Part shown: positions 30,897 through 40,594 of the stretch, piece by piece
How positions within the stretch are numbered: the first letter of the stretch is position 1
Layout: each line of letters opens with the position of its first letter
From: Thermoanaerobaculia bacterium
Lineage (GTDB): Bacteria; Acidobacteriota; Thermoanaerobaculia; Gp7-AA8
Direction of reading: 5' to 3'
Assembly: GCA_035999335.1 (NCBI GenBank)
Contig: DASYGV010000008.1
Span: forward strand, 3,700 to 67,699
DNA: 64,000 bases
The notes under the pieces: generated by a model
What the model saw: the letters and a program-made list of their open reading frames with translations, nothing else
Told to the model about the DNA's origin: nothing
Database searches by the model: none
Made by a program: the position numbers and the translations under genes

Positions 30897-31978
30897 CGAA
30901 GCACGAGCCGAAGGTCCTGCGGCGCGAACAGACGATCGTTCACGGCGTGGATCACGCGCTGCAACTCCGGAGGGTCGCTCTCCAGGATCGCGATCTTCGC
31001 CCCCTCGGGCAGCTCGTGCACGGCGCGGACTTCTTCGATCTCGAATCCGTGCTCGCGCGCGAGCACGGTCAGCGCGGCCGGATGCCGCGGAGCGATGTGC
31101 GTTGGATCGCGCCAGAAGTCGGAGGCCGCGGCGAGGATCGACTCCGCGTTCGGCGTCTCGATCATCAGCAGCCCTCCGGGACGCAGTACGCGCGCGGACT
31201 CGCGGAAGAGCGCAAGCAGCGCGTCAATCGGCAGGTGCTCGACGACATGCATCGCCAGCACGCTTCCCGTCGAAGCATCCGCCAGCGATGCGAAACAGTC
31301 CGGCACAGCGGCCAGCGAGACGTCGAAACCGCGTTGTTGCAGGTCCGCGACGGAACGCTCGTTCGTATCGACTCCGCGCGCGGCGATCCCTGCCTCACGG
31401 CAGGCCGCGAGGAACTCGCCGCGACCGCATCCGACATCGAGCACGGGCTGATGGTCGGTGGCGAGGCGGATGTAGTGCATCACGTCGCCGCGCACGTGCG
31501 ATTCGCTGCCGCGCAACGCGTCTTCCAATCGCCGGTAAACGACGTCGGGCGAATGCGCGACGGAAGGATTCACGGCATCGCGCACGCGCACGGCCACGGT
31601 CTCGATCTTCTGGTCGAGCGCCGCGATGAGCGCGTCATTCCGCTTCGCCGCGGTGACGACCAACTCGCGCAGCCGCGTGCTCTCCGCGGCCATTGCGCCC
31701 GCGAGATCGCGCTGCAGCGAGTCGATGTCCGCGCGCAGATCGCGGCGAACCGCTTCCACGTCGCTGCGGATGTCGGACAACAGGTCGAGCAGGACGAGAT
31801 TGAAGTTCTTCTGCCTCTCGTCGTCCGGCTCGCTGGCGCGGCGCACGAGCCGACGCAGCCGCGCGAGCATCCACTCCTGCTTCGATCCACGCGGCCGATA
31901 GCGGCGATCCTCGCGCCACACCTCGCGCCAGCCATCCGCACCGGCGGGAGGATCGTCGACGTAGCGATCGTCTGCCAT
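30884..31978 (-). CDS. class I SAM-dependent methyltransferase with an N-terminal coiled-coil region
   Basis: ORF trimmed to MADDRY (ATG 31978), so it no longer overlaps the hairpin at 31991-32020. VLDVGCGRGEF motif I. Confidence 0.75.
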   Translation of the reverse strand: MADDRYVDDPPAGADGWREVWREDRRYRPRGSKQEWMLARLRRLVRRASEPDDERQKNFNLVLLDLLSDIRSDVEAVRRDLRADIDSLQRDLAGAMAAESTRLRELVVTAAKRNDALIAALDQKIETVAVRVRDAVNPSVAHSPDVVYRRLEDALRGSESHVRGDVMHYIRLATDHQPVLDVGCGRGEFLAACREAGIAARGVDTNERSVADLQQRGFDVSLAAVPDCFASLADASTGSVLAMHVVEHLPIDALLALFRESARVLRPGGLLMIETPNAESILAAASDFWRDPTHIAPRHPAALTVLAREHGFEIEEVRAVHELPEGAKIAILESDPPELQRVIHAVNDRLFAPQDLRLVLRQTS

Positions 31979-31990
31979 GCGCGGAGAATA

Positions 31991-32020
31991 ACGTAGGGCG
32001 GGCTTCAACCCGCCCTACGT
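31991..32020. repeat. TAGGGCGGGC...GCCCGCCCTA hairpin family, copy 1
   Basis: acgtagggcgggc-ttca-acccgccctacgt, between the rplI stop and the methyltransferase start. Confidence 0.75.
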
Positions 32021-32035
32021 AATGAGACGGCAGGT

Positions 32036-32530
32036 TTACTCGGCAGCCGTTTCTTCGGCGGCGGGAGCTTCCTCGAGCTTTTCCACCCCCATCGGCACGA
32101 CTTCGACCTGAATGGAGGCGGTGACGTCGTGGTGCAGGCGCACTTCCACGTCGTGCACGCCGATGTTCTTGATCGGCTGCGCCAGCTCGATGCGGCGCTT
32201 GTCGACCTCGATCCCCTTCTCGGCCAGCGCGTCCGCGATCTCGTTCGCGGTGACAGAGCCGAACAGATGTCCGTGCTCGCCCACGCGCTTCTCGACCGTG
32301 ATCTTCACGCCCTTGACGCGATCCGCCGCCTTCTGCGCGACGTTCTTCTCTTCCTGCGCGAGCAGCGCCCACTTGCGGCGCTGGTGCTCGATCGCATTGA
32401 GGTTGCCCTTCGTTGCTTCCTGGGCCAGGTTCTTCGGAATGAGGTAGTTCCGCCCGTAGCCGTCCTTGACGGTGACCACGTCTCCGCGCGTGCCAAGCCC
32501 GCGGATTTCCTCAGTCAGAATGACTTTCAT
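32036..32530 (-). CDS. rplI: 50S ribosomal protein L9
   Basis: MKVILTEEIRGLGTRGDVVTVKDGYGRNYLIPK. Confidence 0.95.
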   Translation of the reverse strand: MKVILTEEIRGLGTRGDVVTVKDGYGRNYLIPKNLAQEATKGNLNAIEHQRRKWALLAQEEKNVAQKAADRVKGVKITVEKRVGEHGHLFGSVTANEIADALAEKGIEVDKRRIELAQPIKNIGVHDVEVRLHHDVTASIQVEVVPMGVEKLEEAPAAEETAAE

Positions 32531-33518
32531 GAGAGTCGTCCTTTCGCTTCTTGAAATGTCGGAAATCGAAAAATGAATCGAACAGTCCGGCCACGGCGAC
32601 GAACAGCATGCTGAACGGCATCGTGATCGCCAGCAGCGCCCAGCCGAACGCGGTCCCCAGGATGCCCGCGCCGATCGACAACAGCATCGACCGGAAGACC
32701 GCCAGTCCCTGCAACAGGTACAGGAATGCGACCACGCCGAGGACGTTCGCGGCGACCTTCTGGAGCAATCCGGTCGCGAGCGGCGCGATGCCGCCGAAGA
32801 CGAACGCGAACAGCAGCCAGTCGGGCAGCGTCAAGTTCCGGAACAGATACGGGCGCGCGGACTCGTTCTGCCACGCGCGCAAACGGCCGAACATCATCAG
32901 GCTGAGCGTGTGGACCACGGTCAGCGACACCAGCAGCTGCGCCGCGAACAGATACGCGGCGACGGGTCCGGCTCGCTCCGCGAAACGGACCAGTTCCGCA
33001 GGCATCTTGTTCTCGCGGTAGATCTGTGCGACGAGGCGCCAGACCTCCTTCGTCTGCGCGACCTGCGCCGCGTACGGCGAGAACGAGATCAGCATCTGCG
33101 ATGCAGCCTCGGTCACGGCCAGGCCGACGAGCGCGCCCGCCAGCAGGAACAGCAGCACGCGGCCGAACGACTCGCCGCGTTCCACCATCGGGATCGCGGC
33201 CATCGCCGGCAGCATGATCGCCAGCACCACCGCGGCCAGGAACGACCACGCCATCTTCTGCGCGTCCGGCGTATTCTCCGGTATCGCCACGGCGTAGAGC
33301 GAGGCGACCGCGATCGACAGCACCAGCACCGCCCACGCCGCGCGGCGCCCGTTCCGAACCGCGCAATGCAGCAGTGCGGCCGGCACGAACACCAGCATCG
33401 GCGTGACGATCATCAGCGCCATCAACAGCGAATACCCGATCACACTGCGCACCTGCCGGCCGAACGGCCGGCCCGGCAGCAGCACGGGCTCGCTCTGAGG
33501 GAGGGACGATTCGATCAT
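32511..33518 (-). CDS. multi-pass membrane protein, DUF2232/YybS-like (positional inference)
   Basis: About 8 hydrophobic helices. It sits between rpsR and rplI, where YybS-type proteins occur in other phyla. The family call was not verifiable here. Confidence 0.5.
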   Translation of the reverse strand: MIESSLPQSEPVLLPGRPFGRQVRSVIGYSLLMALMIVTPMLVFVPAALLHCAVRNGRRAAWAVLVLSIAVASLYAVAIPENTPDAQKMAWSFLAAVVLAIMLPAMAAIPMVERGESFGRVLLFLLAGALVGLAVTEAASQMLISFSPYAAQVAQTKEVWRLVAQIYRENKMPAELVRFAERAGPVAAYLFAAQLLVSLTVVHTLSLMMFGRLRAWQNESARPYLFRNLTLPDWLLFAFVFGGIAPLATGLLQKVAANVLGVVAFLYLLQGLAVFRSMLLSIGAGILGTAFGWALLAITMPFSMLFVAVAGLFDSFFDFRHFKKRKDDSHESHSD

Positions 33519-33527
33519 CGAGAAGTC

Positions 33528-33848
33528 TTAGTCAGCAGTGAACGGCAGCAGCGCCGCGATGCGCGCGCGCTTGATGGCGTTCTGCAGTTTGCGCTGATGC
33601 AGCGCGCACGTTCCGGAGATGCGGCGCGGAAGGATCTTCCCGCGCTCCGGGATGAACTGCTGCAGGGTCTTGATGTCTTTGAAATCGATGTATTCGATCT
33701 TCTCGACACAGAACTTGCAGACCCGCTTGCGGCGATAGAAGAACTTCTTCTTGCCGCCCTGCTGTCCGCCCGGTCCGCCGCCGCGGCGATCGTCACCACC
33801 ACCGGCGCCACCGCCGGGACCTCTTCTCTGGGGCATCGTCGTAGCCAT
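33528..33848 (-). CDS. rpsR: 30S ribosomal protein S18
   Basis: [44 protein letters not shown]. Confidence 0.95.
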   Translation of the reverse strand: MATTMPQRRGPGGGAGGGDDRRGGGPGGQQGGKKKFFYRRKRVCKFCVEKIEYIDFKDIKTLQQFIPERGKILPRRISGTCALHQRKLQNAIKRARIAALLPFTAD

Positions 33849-33862
33849 GGCTCATCTCCTCC

Positions 33863-34300
33863 TTAGGCCTGCGGCGCCGTCTCGTCGGCACCGGCCAGCA
33901 ATGCGCTGTCGATGTCGGCCACGACCGGCACGGCAGCAGCAGCGGCAACCGGGACGGCGGGACGGACGCGCTCCTTCTTCGGGTTGCGCTTGGCGAGCTT
34001 CTCCGCGCGCTTGTGCTCGAGGTCCGTGCGCACGATGACGTGACGCAGGACGCGATCGACGTTCTTCATGCGCCGATCGAGCTCCGAAAGCGAAGAATCG
34101 CTCTCGAGGACGAAGAGGTGGTAGATGCCTTCGTTGGACTTCTGGATGGGGTAGGCGAGACGACGGCGGCCCCACGCTTCTTCGTTCTTGAGCGTGGCAC
34201 CGTTCTTCTCGGCGATCGCCTTGAAATCGGTGATCAAGGTCGTCGCTTCTTCCTCCGTCACTTGCGGAGAAAGGATGAACAGGACTTCATAAGTCCTCAT
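33863..34300 (-). CDS. rpsF: 30S ribosomal protein S6
   Basis: MRTYEVLFILSPQ and WGRRRLAYPI. Confidence 0.95.
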   Translation of the reverse strand: MRTYEVLFILSPQVTEEEATTLITDFKAIAEKNGATLKNEEAWGRRRLAYPIQKSNEGIYHLFVLESDSSLSELDRRMKNVDRVLRHVIVRTDLEHKRAEKLAKRNPKKERVRPAVPVAAAAAVPVVADIDSALLAGADETAPQA

Positions 34301-34447
34301 GAATCCTCCTTCTGGCCTAGCGGAACCTCGCCTCGGCGGGGTTCAAGGAGCTGGCAGATTGTTAAAGAATGTCCGGCGCACGAACGCAGTCCGGGCCGGC
34401 AAGGATAGGCAAAGCGCGGCAGGCGCGCAATTATTTCTTGGTCCCTT

Positions 34448-34575
34448 GCCCCGAGCGAAGTCGAGGGGCCAACTTAGCACCTGCGGCGCGTGTTCACGAA
34501 GCGCGCTGCACGTGCCGTCGCGAGTCGGCTTGCTCCGCGCTGCTGCTAAGCTGGCCCCTCGACTCCGCTCGGGGC
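34448..34575. repeat. inverted repeat with 32-nt arms and a 64-nt spacer (MITE/REP-like) in the rpsF / BNR-gene divergent intergenic region
   Basis: gccccgagcgaagtcgaggggccaacttagca (34448-34479) matches the reverse complement of 34544-34575 with 2 mismatches. It ends 13 nt before the ATG at 34589. Confidence 0.8.
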
Positions 34576-34588
34576 TAAAGGAGTAACA

Positions 34589-37417
34589 ATGCTTCACCTC
34601 GCCGCGATCCTCCTCTTCACCCAACTCGATTTCGCCGAAATGCGCTGGCGCTCCATCGGACCGTTCCGCGGCGGCCGCACCGTCGCCGCTGTCGGCATCC
34701 CGGAGCAGCCCAACGTCTTCTTCATCGGCGTCAACAACGGAGGAGTCTGGAAGACCACCGACTACGGACGCGTCTGGACGCCGATCTTCGACGACCAGCC
34801 CAGCGGCTCCATCGGCGCGATCGCCATTGCCCCGTCGAATCCGGACGTCATTTACGTCGGCAGCGGCGAGGGACTGCATCGCCCCGATCTCTCCACCGGC
34901 GACGGCCTGTACAAATCCGTCGACGGCGGCAAGACCTGGACGCACCTCGGCCTCCGCGACGGCCAGCAGATCGCGATGATCGCCGTCGACCCCCGCGATC
35001 CCGACCGCCTCTTCGTCGCCGTCCTCGGCCATCCGTACGGCCCGAACGAGGAGCGCGGACTCTTTCGCTCCATCGACGGAGGCAAGAGCTTCGAAAAGAT
35101 TCTCTATCGCGACGAAAACACGGGCGCCATCGACGTCATCCTCGATCCGTCGAATCCGCAGATCGTTTACGCCGCACTATGGGAAGCACGCCAGGGACCG
35201 TGGGAGAACGGCGCGTTCTTCGGACCCGGTAGCGGCGTCTTCAAATCGACGGACGGCGGCACGACGTGGAGCCAGCTCACCAGCGGTCTACCGGCCACCG
35301 GCGAGCTTCTCGGTCGTGCCGGTCTCGAGATCGCGCGCTCGAATCCGCGCCGCCTCTACGCGATCGCCGGTACGACCAAAGAAAGCGGCGGCCTCTATCG
35401 CTCCGACGACGCGGGCGAGACCTGGCAGCGCGTCAACGACGACGATCGCCTGTGGGGACGTCCCGGAGACTTCAACGAAGTGCGCGCCGATCCGACGAAC
35501 GCCGACGTCGTGTACGTCGGGAACATCGTCACGTGGAAGTCGACCGACGGCGGGAAAACGTTTCGCGCGCTTCGCGGCGCGCCCGGCGGCGACGACTATC
35601 ACCGTCTCTGGATCAATCCGCTCCATCCGAACATCATTCTCAACGCCGCCGATCAGGGCGCGGTGATCACCGTCAACGGCGGCGCGACGTGGAGCTCCTG
35701 GTACAACCAGCCGACCGCGCAGATGTTTCACATCAATGCCGACAATGCGTTTCCGTATCGCGTCTGCGGCGGACAGCAGGAGAGCGGCTCCGCGTGCGTG
35801 CCGAGCCGCGGCGACGAAGGGCAGATCACGTTCCGCGACTGGACTCCGGTCGCGGCCGAAGAGTACGGCTACGCGGTGCCGGATCCGCTCGATCCCGACA
35901 TCGTGTACGGCGGACGAATCACGCGCTACGACCGCCGTACGCGGCAGGCCGAGGACGTTACGCCGAAGCCGCTGCGCGGCAGCGGATATCGCGTCGTCCG
36001 TACGCAGCCGATCGTCTTCTCCGGCGCGGATCCACGCATCCTCTTCTACGCCTCGAACACGCTTTGGAAAACGACGAACGGCGGGCGGGCGTGGACCGAG
36101 ATCAGTCCGGATCTCTCGCGGAAAGAATGGAGCGTTCCGGCGAACGTCGGTAAGTACATCGGCACGCCCGCCGCGGAGCCGCGGCAGCGCGGCGTGATCT
36201 ACGCGGTCGCGCCATCGCCGCTCGATGTCAACCGGATCTGGGCCGGCACCGACGACGGTCTCATTCACGTCACCGCCGACGGTGGCAAGACGTGGAGCGA
36301 CGTTACTCCAGCGGCGCTCGTGCCGTGGGCCAAGGTCTCGATTCTCGAGGCTTCGCACTTCGACGCGAGCACGGCCTACGCCGCGATCAACACGTTCCGC
36401 TTGGACGATCTGCGCCCGCACATCTACCGCACGCGTGATGGCGGCAAGACCTGGACGCACATCACACGCGGCATCCCCGGCGGCGGGATCATCAACGTGG
36501 TGCGCGAGGACGCGAAAACGCGCGGACTGCTCTTCGCGGGCAGCGAAACGCAGGTTTACGTCTCGTACGATGACGGCGAGCAGTGGCAGTCGCTGCGCCT
36601 GAACATGCCCGCGACGTCCATTCGCGATCTCGTCGTGCACCAGGACGACGTCGCCGTCGCCACGCACGGCCGCGGCTTCTGGATCCTCGACGCCATCGAG
36701 CCTCTGCGCCAGGCGAAATCGAAAGACGTGCTGTTGAAACCGCAGCGCGCATGGCGCTTCCGCTGGAACAAGAACACCGACACGCCTCTGCCGGCCGATG
36801 AGCCGGCGGGCCAAAATCCGCCCGATGGAGCGATCCTCGATTACCGGCTCGCGTCCGACGCAAAGGAAGTGACGATCGAGATCCTCGATGCGAACGGAGC
36901 GCTCGTGCGCCGATACTCGAGCAACGATCCGGCGCCCGCGCCGCAGGACACCGGACAGGTTCCCGCGAACTGGATTCGTCCGCTGCGTGCGCTCCCCACC
37001 AGCGCGGGACATCACCGCGTCACGTGGGACCTGCGCTATCCGCCGCTCCTGCAGGCGCGGCCGTCCTATCCAATCGCAGCGATCCCGTATGACACGCCGC
37101 CTTCCGCTACGTCTCCGTACGCGATGCCAGGCACGTACACCGTGCGCCTCACCGTCGACGGCAAGAGCTCGACGCAACCGCTCGTCGTCGAGATGGACCC
37201 GCGCGTGAAAGCATCGCGTGACGATCTCGTGCGGCAGTTCGCGCTCTCGATGAAAACATATGAATGGCTGAAGCAGCTGGGCGACGACGAGAAGAATGCC
37301 GAGCTGAGAACCTCCGCCGCGAGTCTCCTCCGGTCCTTGCAATCCGCCGACGCCGCACCGTCCGCTCAGCTCGCCGCTTCCGTGGCGGAACTGGAGACTA
37401 GAATCCCCGCGCGATGA
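34589..37417 (+). CDS. BNR/Asp-box repeat (sortilin-Vps10/glycosidase-like) double beta-propeller protein
   Basis: Many SxDxGxTW boxes: SVDGGKTW, SIDGGKSF, STDGGTTW, SDDAGETW, STDGGKTF, TTNGGRAW, TADGGKTW, TRDGGKTW, SYDDGEQW. Confidence 0.85.
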   Translation: MLHLAAILLFTQLDFAEMRWRSIGPFRGGRTVAAVGIPEQPNVFFIGVNNGGVWKTTDYGRVWTPIFDDQPSGSIGAIAIAPSNPDVIYVGSGEGLHRPDLSTGDGLYKSVDGGKTWTHLGLRDGQQIAMIAVDPRDPDRLFVAVLGHPYGPNEERGLFRSIDGGKSFEKILYRDENTGAIDVILDPSNPQIVYAALWEARQGPWENGAFFGPGSGVFKSTDGGTTWSQLTSGLPATGELLGRAGLEIARSNPRRLYAIAGTTKESGGLYRSDDAGETWQRVNDDDRLWGRPGDFNEVRADPTNADVVYVGNIVTWKSTDGGKTFRALRGAPGGDDYHRLWINPLHPNIILNAADQGAVITVNGGATWSSWYNQPTAQMFHINADNAFPYRVCGGQQESGSACVPSRGDEGQITFRDWTPVAAEEYGYAVPDPLDPDIVYGGRITRYDRRTRQAEDVTPKPLRGSGYRVVRTQPIVFSGADPRILFYASNTLWKTTNGGRAWTEISPDLSRKEWSVPANVGKYIGTPAAEPRQRGVIYAVAPSPLDVNRIWAGTDDGLIHVTADGGKTWSDVTPAALVPWAKVSILEASHFDASTAYAAINTFRLDDLRPHIYRTRDGGKTWTHITRGIPGGGIINVVREDAKTRGLLFAGSETQVYVSYDDGEQWQSLRLNMPATSIRDLVVHQDDVAVATHGRGFWILDAIEPLRQAKSKDVLLKPQRAWRFRWNKNTDTPLPADEPAGQNPPDGAILDYRLASDAKEVTIEILDANGALVRRYSSNDPAPAPQDTGQVPANWIRPLRALPTSAGHHRVTWDLRYPPLLQARPSYPIAAIPYDTPPSATSPYAMPGTYTVRLTVDGKSSTQPLVVEMDPRVKASRDDLVRQFALSMKTYEWLKQLGDDEKNAELRTSAASLLRSLQSADAAPSAQLAASVAELETRIPAR

Positions 37418-38433
37418 AAAAGCGCGTCTACGTCATCTACACCGGCGGCACGATCGGCATGCAGCAGACGCCGGACGGCTACGCGCCCGCGCCAGGCTCG
37501 CTGCAGGAACAGATGAAGGGCATGCCCGAGCTGCGCGACGCCGCCATGCCCGACGTCACGATTCACGAGTACGAGCCGCTGCTCGATTCGTCGAACATGA
37601 CGCCGGCGGAGTGGATGAAGATCGCCCGCGACATCGCCGATCACTACGACGACTACGACGGCTTCGTCGTCCTCCACGGCACCGACACGATGGCCTACAC
37701 CGCCTCCGCCCTCCCCTTCATCCTCGAAGGGCTCGGCAAACCGGTGGTCGTCACCGGATCGCAGATCCCGTTGACGGAGCCCCGCAGCGACGGACGCGAC
37801 AACCTCGTGAGCTCGCTCCTCACCGCCGCGTCGTTCGACATCCCCGAGGTCTGTCTGTACTTCGGACGCTCGTTGCTGCGCGGCAACCGCGCCGTGAAAG
37901 TGAGCACGCACGGCCTCGCCCCCTTCTCCTCCCCCAACTTCCCGCCCCTCGGCACCTTCGGCGTCGACATCGACATCCGCTGGGACCTCGTACACAAGCC
38001 GAAGCTCGATGCGCGGTTGCGCGTGCACGAGCTCCGCTCCGCCGTCGTCAGCGTCGTGCGCCTCATCCCCGGCATCTCCGCGAGCTTCATCCGCAACGTC
38101 CTCGCGCCGCCCGTACAGGCCGTCGTACTGCAGGCGTACGGCGTCGGCAACGGTCCCGATCGCGACACGGAGTTTCTCGCTGCGCTCTCCGAGGCGACCG
38201 AGCGCGGCGTAGTCGTCGTCGACTGCAGCCAATGCCTCACCGGTTACGTCGATCTCGACTCCTACGCCGCCGGCTCCGCGCTCGCGAATGCGGGCGTGAT
38301 CAGTGGCTACGACCTCACCGTCGAAGCCGCGGTCGCGAAGCTGACTTACCTCTTCAGCCGCAACTACGATGTCGACCGAGTGAAGCTGGAGATGCAACGC
38401 GATCTTCGCGGCGAGATGACCGTGACGTCATAA
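37414..38433 (+). CDS. ansA: L-asparaginase, type I
   Basis: VIYTGGTIGM (nucleophilic Thr) and LHGTDTMAYTA. ATGA-type overlap with the upstream gene. Confidence 0.9.
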   Translation: MKKRVYVIYTGGTIGMQQTPDGYAPAPGSLQEQMKGMPELRDAAMPDVTIHEYEPLLDSSNMTPAEWMKIARDIADHYDDYDGFVVLHGTDTMAYTASALPFILEGLGKPVVVTGSQIPLTEPRSDGRDNLVSSLLTAASFDIPEVCLYFGRSLLRGNRAVKVSTHGLAPFSSPNFPPLGTFGVDIDIRWDLVHKPKLDARLRVHELRSAVVSVVRLIPGISASFIRNVLAPPVQAVVLQAYGVGNGPDRDTEFLAALSEATERGVVVVDCSQCLTGYVDLDSYAAGSALANAGVISGYDLTVEAAVAKLTYLFSRNYDVDRVKLEMQRDLRGEMTVTS

Positions 38434-38589
38434 CTCGTCGTCCTGCTTCAGGATGTGCACGACCTTCGTGCGATGCATGATGTTCATGACTTTTTCGATC
38501 TCCTCCGGTGTCATCTTCACGCCTGCGAGCGCGCCCATCTGCAGCATGCATGCGAGCAGAATCCTTCCCAGGACTTTTCTCAGGGACAT
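38428..38589 (-). CDS. 53-aa small protein with an N-terminal hydrophobic signal-like segment (below the ORF-track length cutoff)
   Basis: Hand translation: MSLRKVLGRILLACMLQMGALAGVKMTPEEIEKVMNIMHRTKVVHILKQDDEL. GGAGGAAC lies immediately upstream of the ATG. Confidence 0.45.
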   Translation of the reverse strand: MSLRKVLGRILLACMLQMGALAGVKMTPEEIEKVMNIMHRTKVVHILKQDDEL

Positions 38590-38625
38590 GGTTCCTCCGT
38601 TTGCGTTTCGTCGGACCGTGCGAGG

Positions 38626-38826
38626 TCAGACGAGCGCGGGAGGAGCGCGGAAGGAGACGAGCGCGAGGAGCGCGACAGGTTGATCGTCGCAACGCGTATT
38701 TACGCGGCGCAGCGTGCGGATCGCGACGAACGTGAAGAACGTGACCGTCGCGGCAATGAGGATCACCGGCACGAACGGCACGAATGCCGCGAGCAGGGCG
38801 ACCGCGAGAATGAGAATTCGAATCAC
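38626..38826 (-). CDS. small two-helix membrane protein, hypothetical
   Basis: GTG 38826. VIRILILAVALLAAFVPFVPVILIAATVTFFTFVAI. It lies 11 nt downstream of the DyP gene stop. Start uncertain. Confidence 0.3.
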   Translation of the reverse strand: MIRILILAVALLAAFVPFVPVILIAATVTFFTFVAIRTLRRVNTRCDDQPVALLALVSFRAPPALV

Positions 38827-38837
38827 GCGCGACGATC

Positions 38838-39704
38838 TTAAACGCCTAGCGCGCTCAAATCCAAACGTTCCTTCGCGATCGGCGGACACCAGTAGTACCC
38901 GCCCGTCACCGGTCGCGAGAACGTGAACAGGCCGTCGACGATCCCGTCCTCGCGTCCGACCATCCGCTTCATCATGGTCTCGAAGACGTCGAGCGAATTC
39001 ACCTGCGCAACGAACTCGAGGCCTTCCTGCGTCGCGTTCGCCCACGGCATCGACTTGCGGAGCATGAACATCGGCGGGTCGAAGCTCTCCTGCTCCGTGC
39101 GTTTGATGTGTGCGGACGGCGGCGCGTCCTCGATCTCCTCGTTCGACTCCGCGCGGCGGCCGATGAGCATCTCCCGATCTTCCTCGTCGAGATCGCGGAA
39201 GCGAGAGAGGTCGTGCACCCAGCGCTGCACGACCAGGAAGCTCGAGCCGTCCTCACGCACCGCGGCCGCTGCAGCATCGTCGCCTTTCGGATTCTCCGTC
39301 CCGTCCTCGAAGCGCGTGAGATCGCGTCCGCCGTGATAGGTGAACGTGTCATTCGAGTCGACGAGCAAAAACGCGTCGCCGAGGAGCTCGCGGATGTTCT
39401 GCGTGAGATCGAAGACGACGCCGCGGTCCGGCCCGCGCAGGAGGAAACAGAGCGCCTCCTGCGTCGACGGCACGCTGCACGCGGGACCCGACATCGCCGG
39501 AAACGTGCGCAGTCCGTCGACCGTTTTCTTCAGCGCCAGCACCAGTGGCTCGCCGATCCCGATCACGCCGCACTCGATCGACAGTTCGTCGCGCAGCCGC
39601 CGCAACGCCTGCGGCACATCGGACTGTGGCGCGATGCGAAACAGAAGCGTGCGTCCGACCGGCGGCCGGTCGGCGAGGACGGCAGGCTGGGCGTTCTCGA
39701 TCAT
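38838..39704 (-). CDS. Dyp-type peroxidase
   Basis: The 492-aa track ORF was trimmed to MIENAQP (ATG 39704). FEDGTENP (GxxDG DyP motif) and TGGYYWCPP C-terminal block. Confidence 0.85.
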   Translation of the reverse strand: MIENAQPAVLADRPPVGRTLLFRIAPQSDVPQALRRLRDELSIECGVIGIGEPLVLALKKTVDGLRTFPAMSGPACSVPSTQEALCFLLRGPDRGVVFDLTQNIRELLGDAFLLVDSNDTFTYHGGRDLTRFEDGTENPKGDDAAAAAVREDGSSFLVVQRWVHDLSRFRDLDEEDREMLIGRRAESNEEIEDAPPSAHIKRTEQESFDPPMFMLRKSMPWANATQEGLEFVAQVNSLDVFETMMKRMVGREDGIVDGLFTFSRPVTGGYYWCPPIAKERLDLSALGV

Positions 39705-39743
39705 CGGGCGCGGGATTATGGCAGAGGCGTAGAATCTTGCGCG

Positions 39744-40301
39744 ATGGCGCCACAGACGACCACGAGACTGACGTACGAGGATTTCGTCAAACTGCCGGAC
39801 GACGGTAACCGCTACGAGATCATCGAGGGGAAGTTGTACGTGAATCCTGCGCCCGTGCCGCGACATCAGCGGATCGTAAAAAACCTGCTCCTCTCTCTTG
39901 AACTCTATTTCCGCGCACACCACAACGGCGAAGTTCTTCAATCGCCCATCGACGTCGTTCTTGCCGAGGATGGCATCGTCGAACCCGACCTCATCGTCAT
40001 CAAATCCGAACGTGCCTCGATCGTCGGCGAGAAGAACGTCAAGGGCGCTCCGAACCTCGTCATCGAAGTCCTCTCCGACGGCACTCGGCGTATCGACGAA
40101 GGCAAGAAGCGAAAACTCTACGAGCGCTCGGGCGTCGACGAGTACTGGATCGTCGATCCCGAAGCGGAGTTGGTGAAGATCTACCGGCGCGTCGACGCCG
40201 CGTTTCAGCACGCAGCGGAGTTCAATGCCGACGACGGCGGCACGATCACCACCCCCCTTCTCCCCGGTTTCTCCCTCGACGTCCGCGAAGTCTTCGCCTG
40301 A
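39744..40301 (+). CDS. Uma2-family (DUF820) restriction-endonuclease-fold protein
   Basis: Track ORF trimmed to MAPQTTTRLTYEDF. YEIIEGKLYVNPAP, EPDLIVI and PNLVIEVLS (PD-ExK-like) with KRKLYERSGVDEYWIVDP. Confidence 0.85.
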   Translation: MAPQTTTRLTYEDFVKLPDDGNRYEIIEGKLYVNPAPVPRHQRIVKNLLLSLELYFRAHHNGEVLQSPIDVVLAEDGIVEPDLIVIKSERASIVGEKNVKGAPNLVIEVLSDGTRRIDEGKKRKLYERSGVDEYWIVDPEAELVKIYRRVDAAFQHAAEFNADDGGTITTPLLPGFSLDVREVFA

Positions 40302-40347
40302 GCCGGGCACGCGCACTGCACCGCACCGCTCTCATCTGGAGGTATGC

Positions 40348-40587
40348 ATGAACGAAGAGATCGAATCGGGTTTGCTAGAGGATGTCCACGACCTTGACCC
40401 TGTGGCGCTGGCAGCGGCCTCGCCCATCCGCGCCGCCGACAGCGACGGCACCGACACCGCCGATGACGACGGCACCGACGCCGGTGACGCCGACGGCACG
40501 GACGACAGCGAAGCCGACGGCGACGGCGAGGACGGCAAAGACAGCGATGGCGAAGACGCCGACGGGGACGGCGAAGACAACGCCTGA
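40348..40587 (+). CDS. 79-aa highly acidic Asp/Gly/Thr-rich small protein
   Basis: ATG 40348 with GGAGG 6 nt upstream. MNEEIESGLLEDVHDLDPVALAAASPIRAADSDGTDTADDDGTDAGDADGTDDSEADGDGEDGKDSDGEDADGDGEDNA. Repeated DGTD / DxDGxD units. Confidence 0.6.
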   Translation: MNEEIESGLLEDVHDLDPVALAAASPIRAADSDGTDTADDDGTDAGDADGTDDSEADGDGEDGKDSDGEDADGDGEDNA

Positions 40588-40594
40588 CACGAGA

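Noticed and set aside
35288-37342. 684-aa minus-strand ORF antisense to the BNR-repeat gene
   Set aside because: No motifs and an Arg-rich composition. The + strand carries nine Asp-box repeats.
38838-39704. DyP peroxidase as an encapsulin cargo (C-terminal ...ERLDLSALGV)
   Set aside because: The tail only loosely resembles encapsulin targeting peptides. It also fits the ordinary GGYYW.PP...L..L C-terminus of B-type DyPs, and no encapsulin shell gene is nearby.
38838-40316. Track ORFs of 492 aa (minus) and 397 aa (plus) overlapping each other
   Set aside because: Each is a fusion of a real gene with antisense read-through of its divergent neighbour. I split them into the DyP peroxidase (38838-39704, minus) and the Uma2 gene (39744-40301, plus) on the basis of motif-bearing segments and internal starts.
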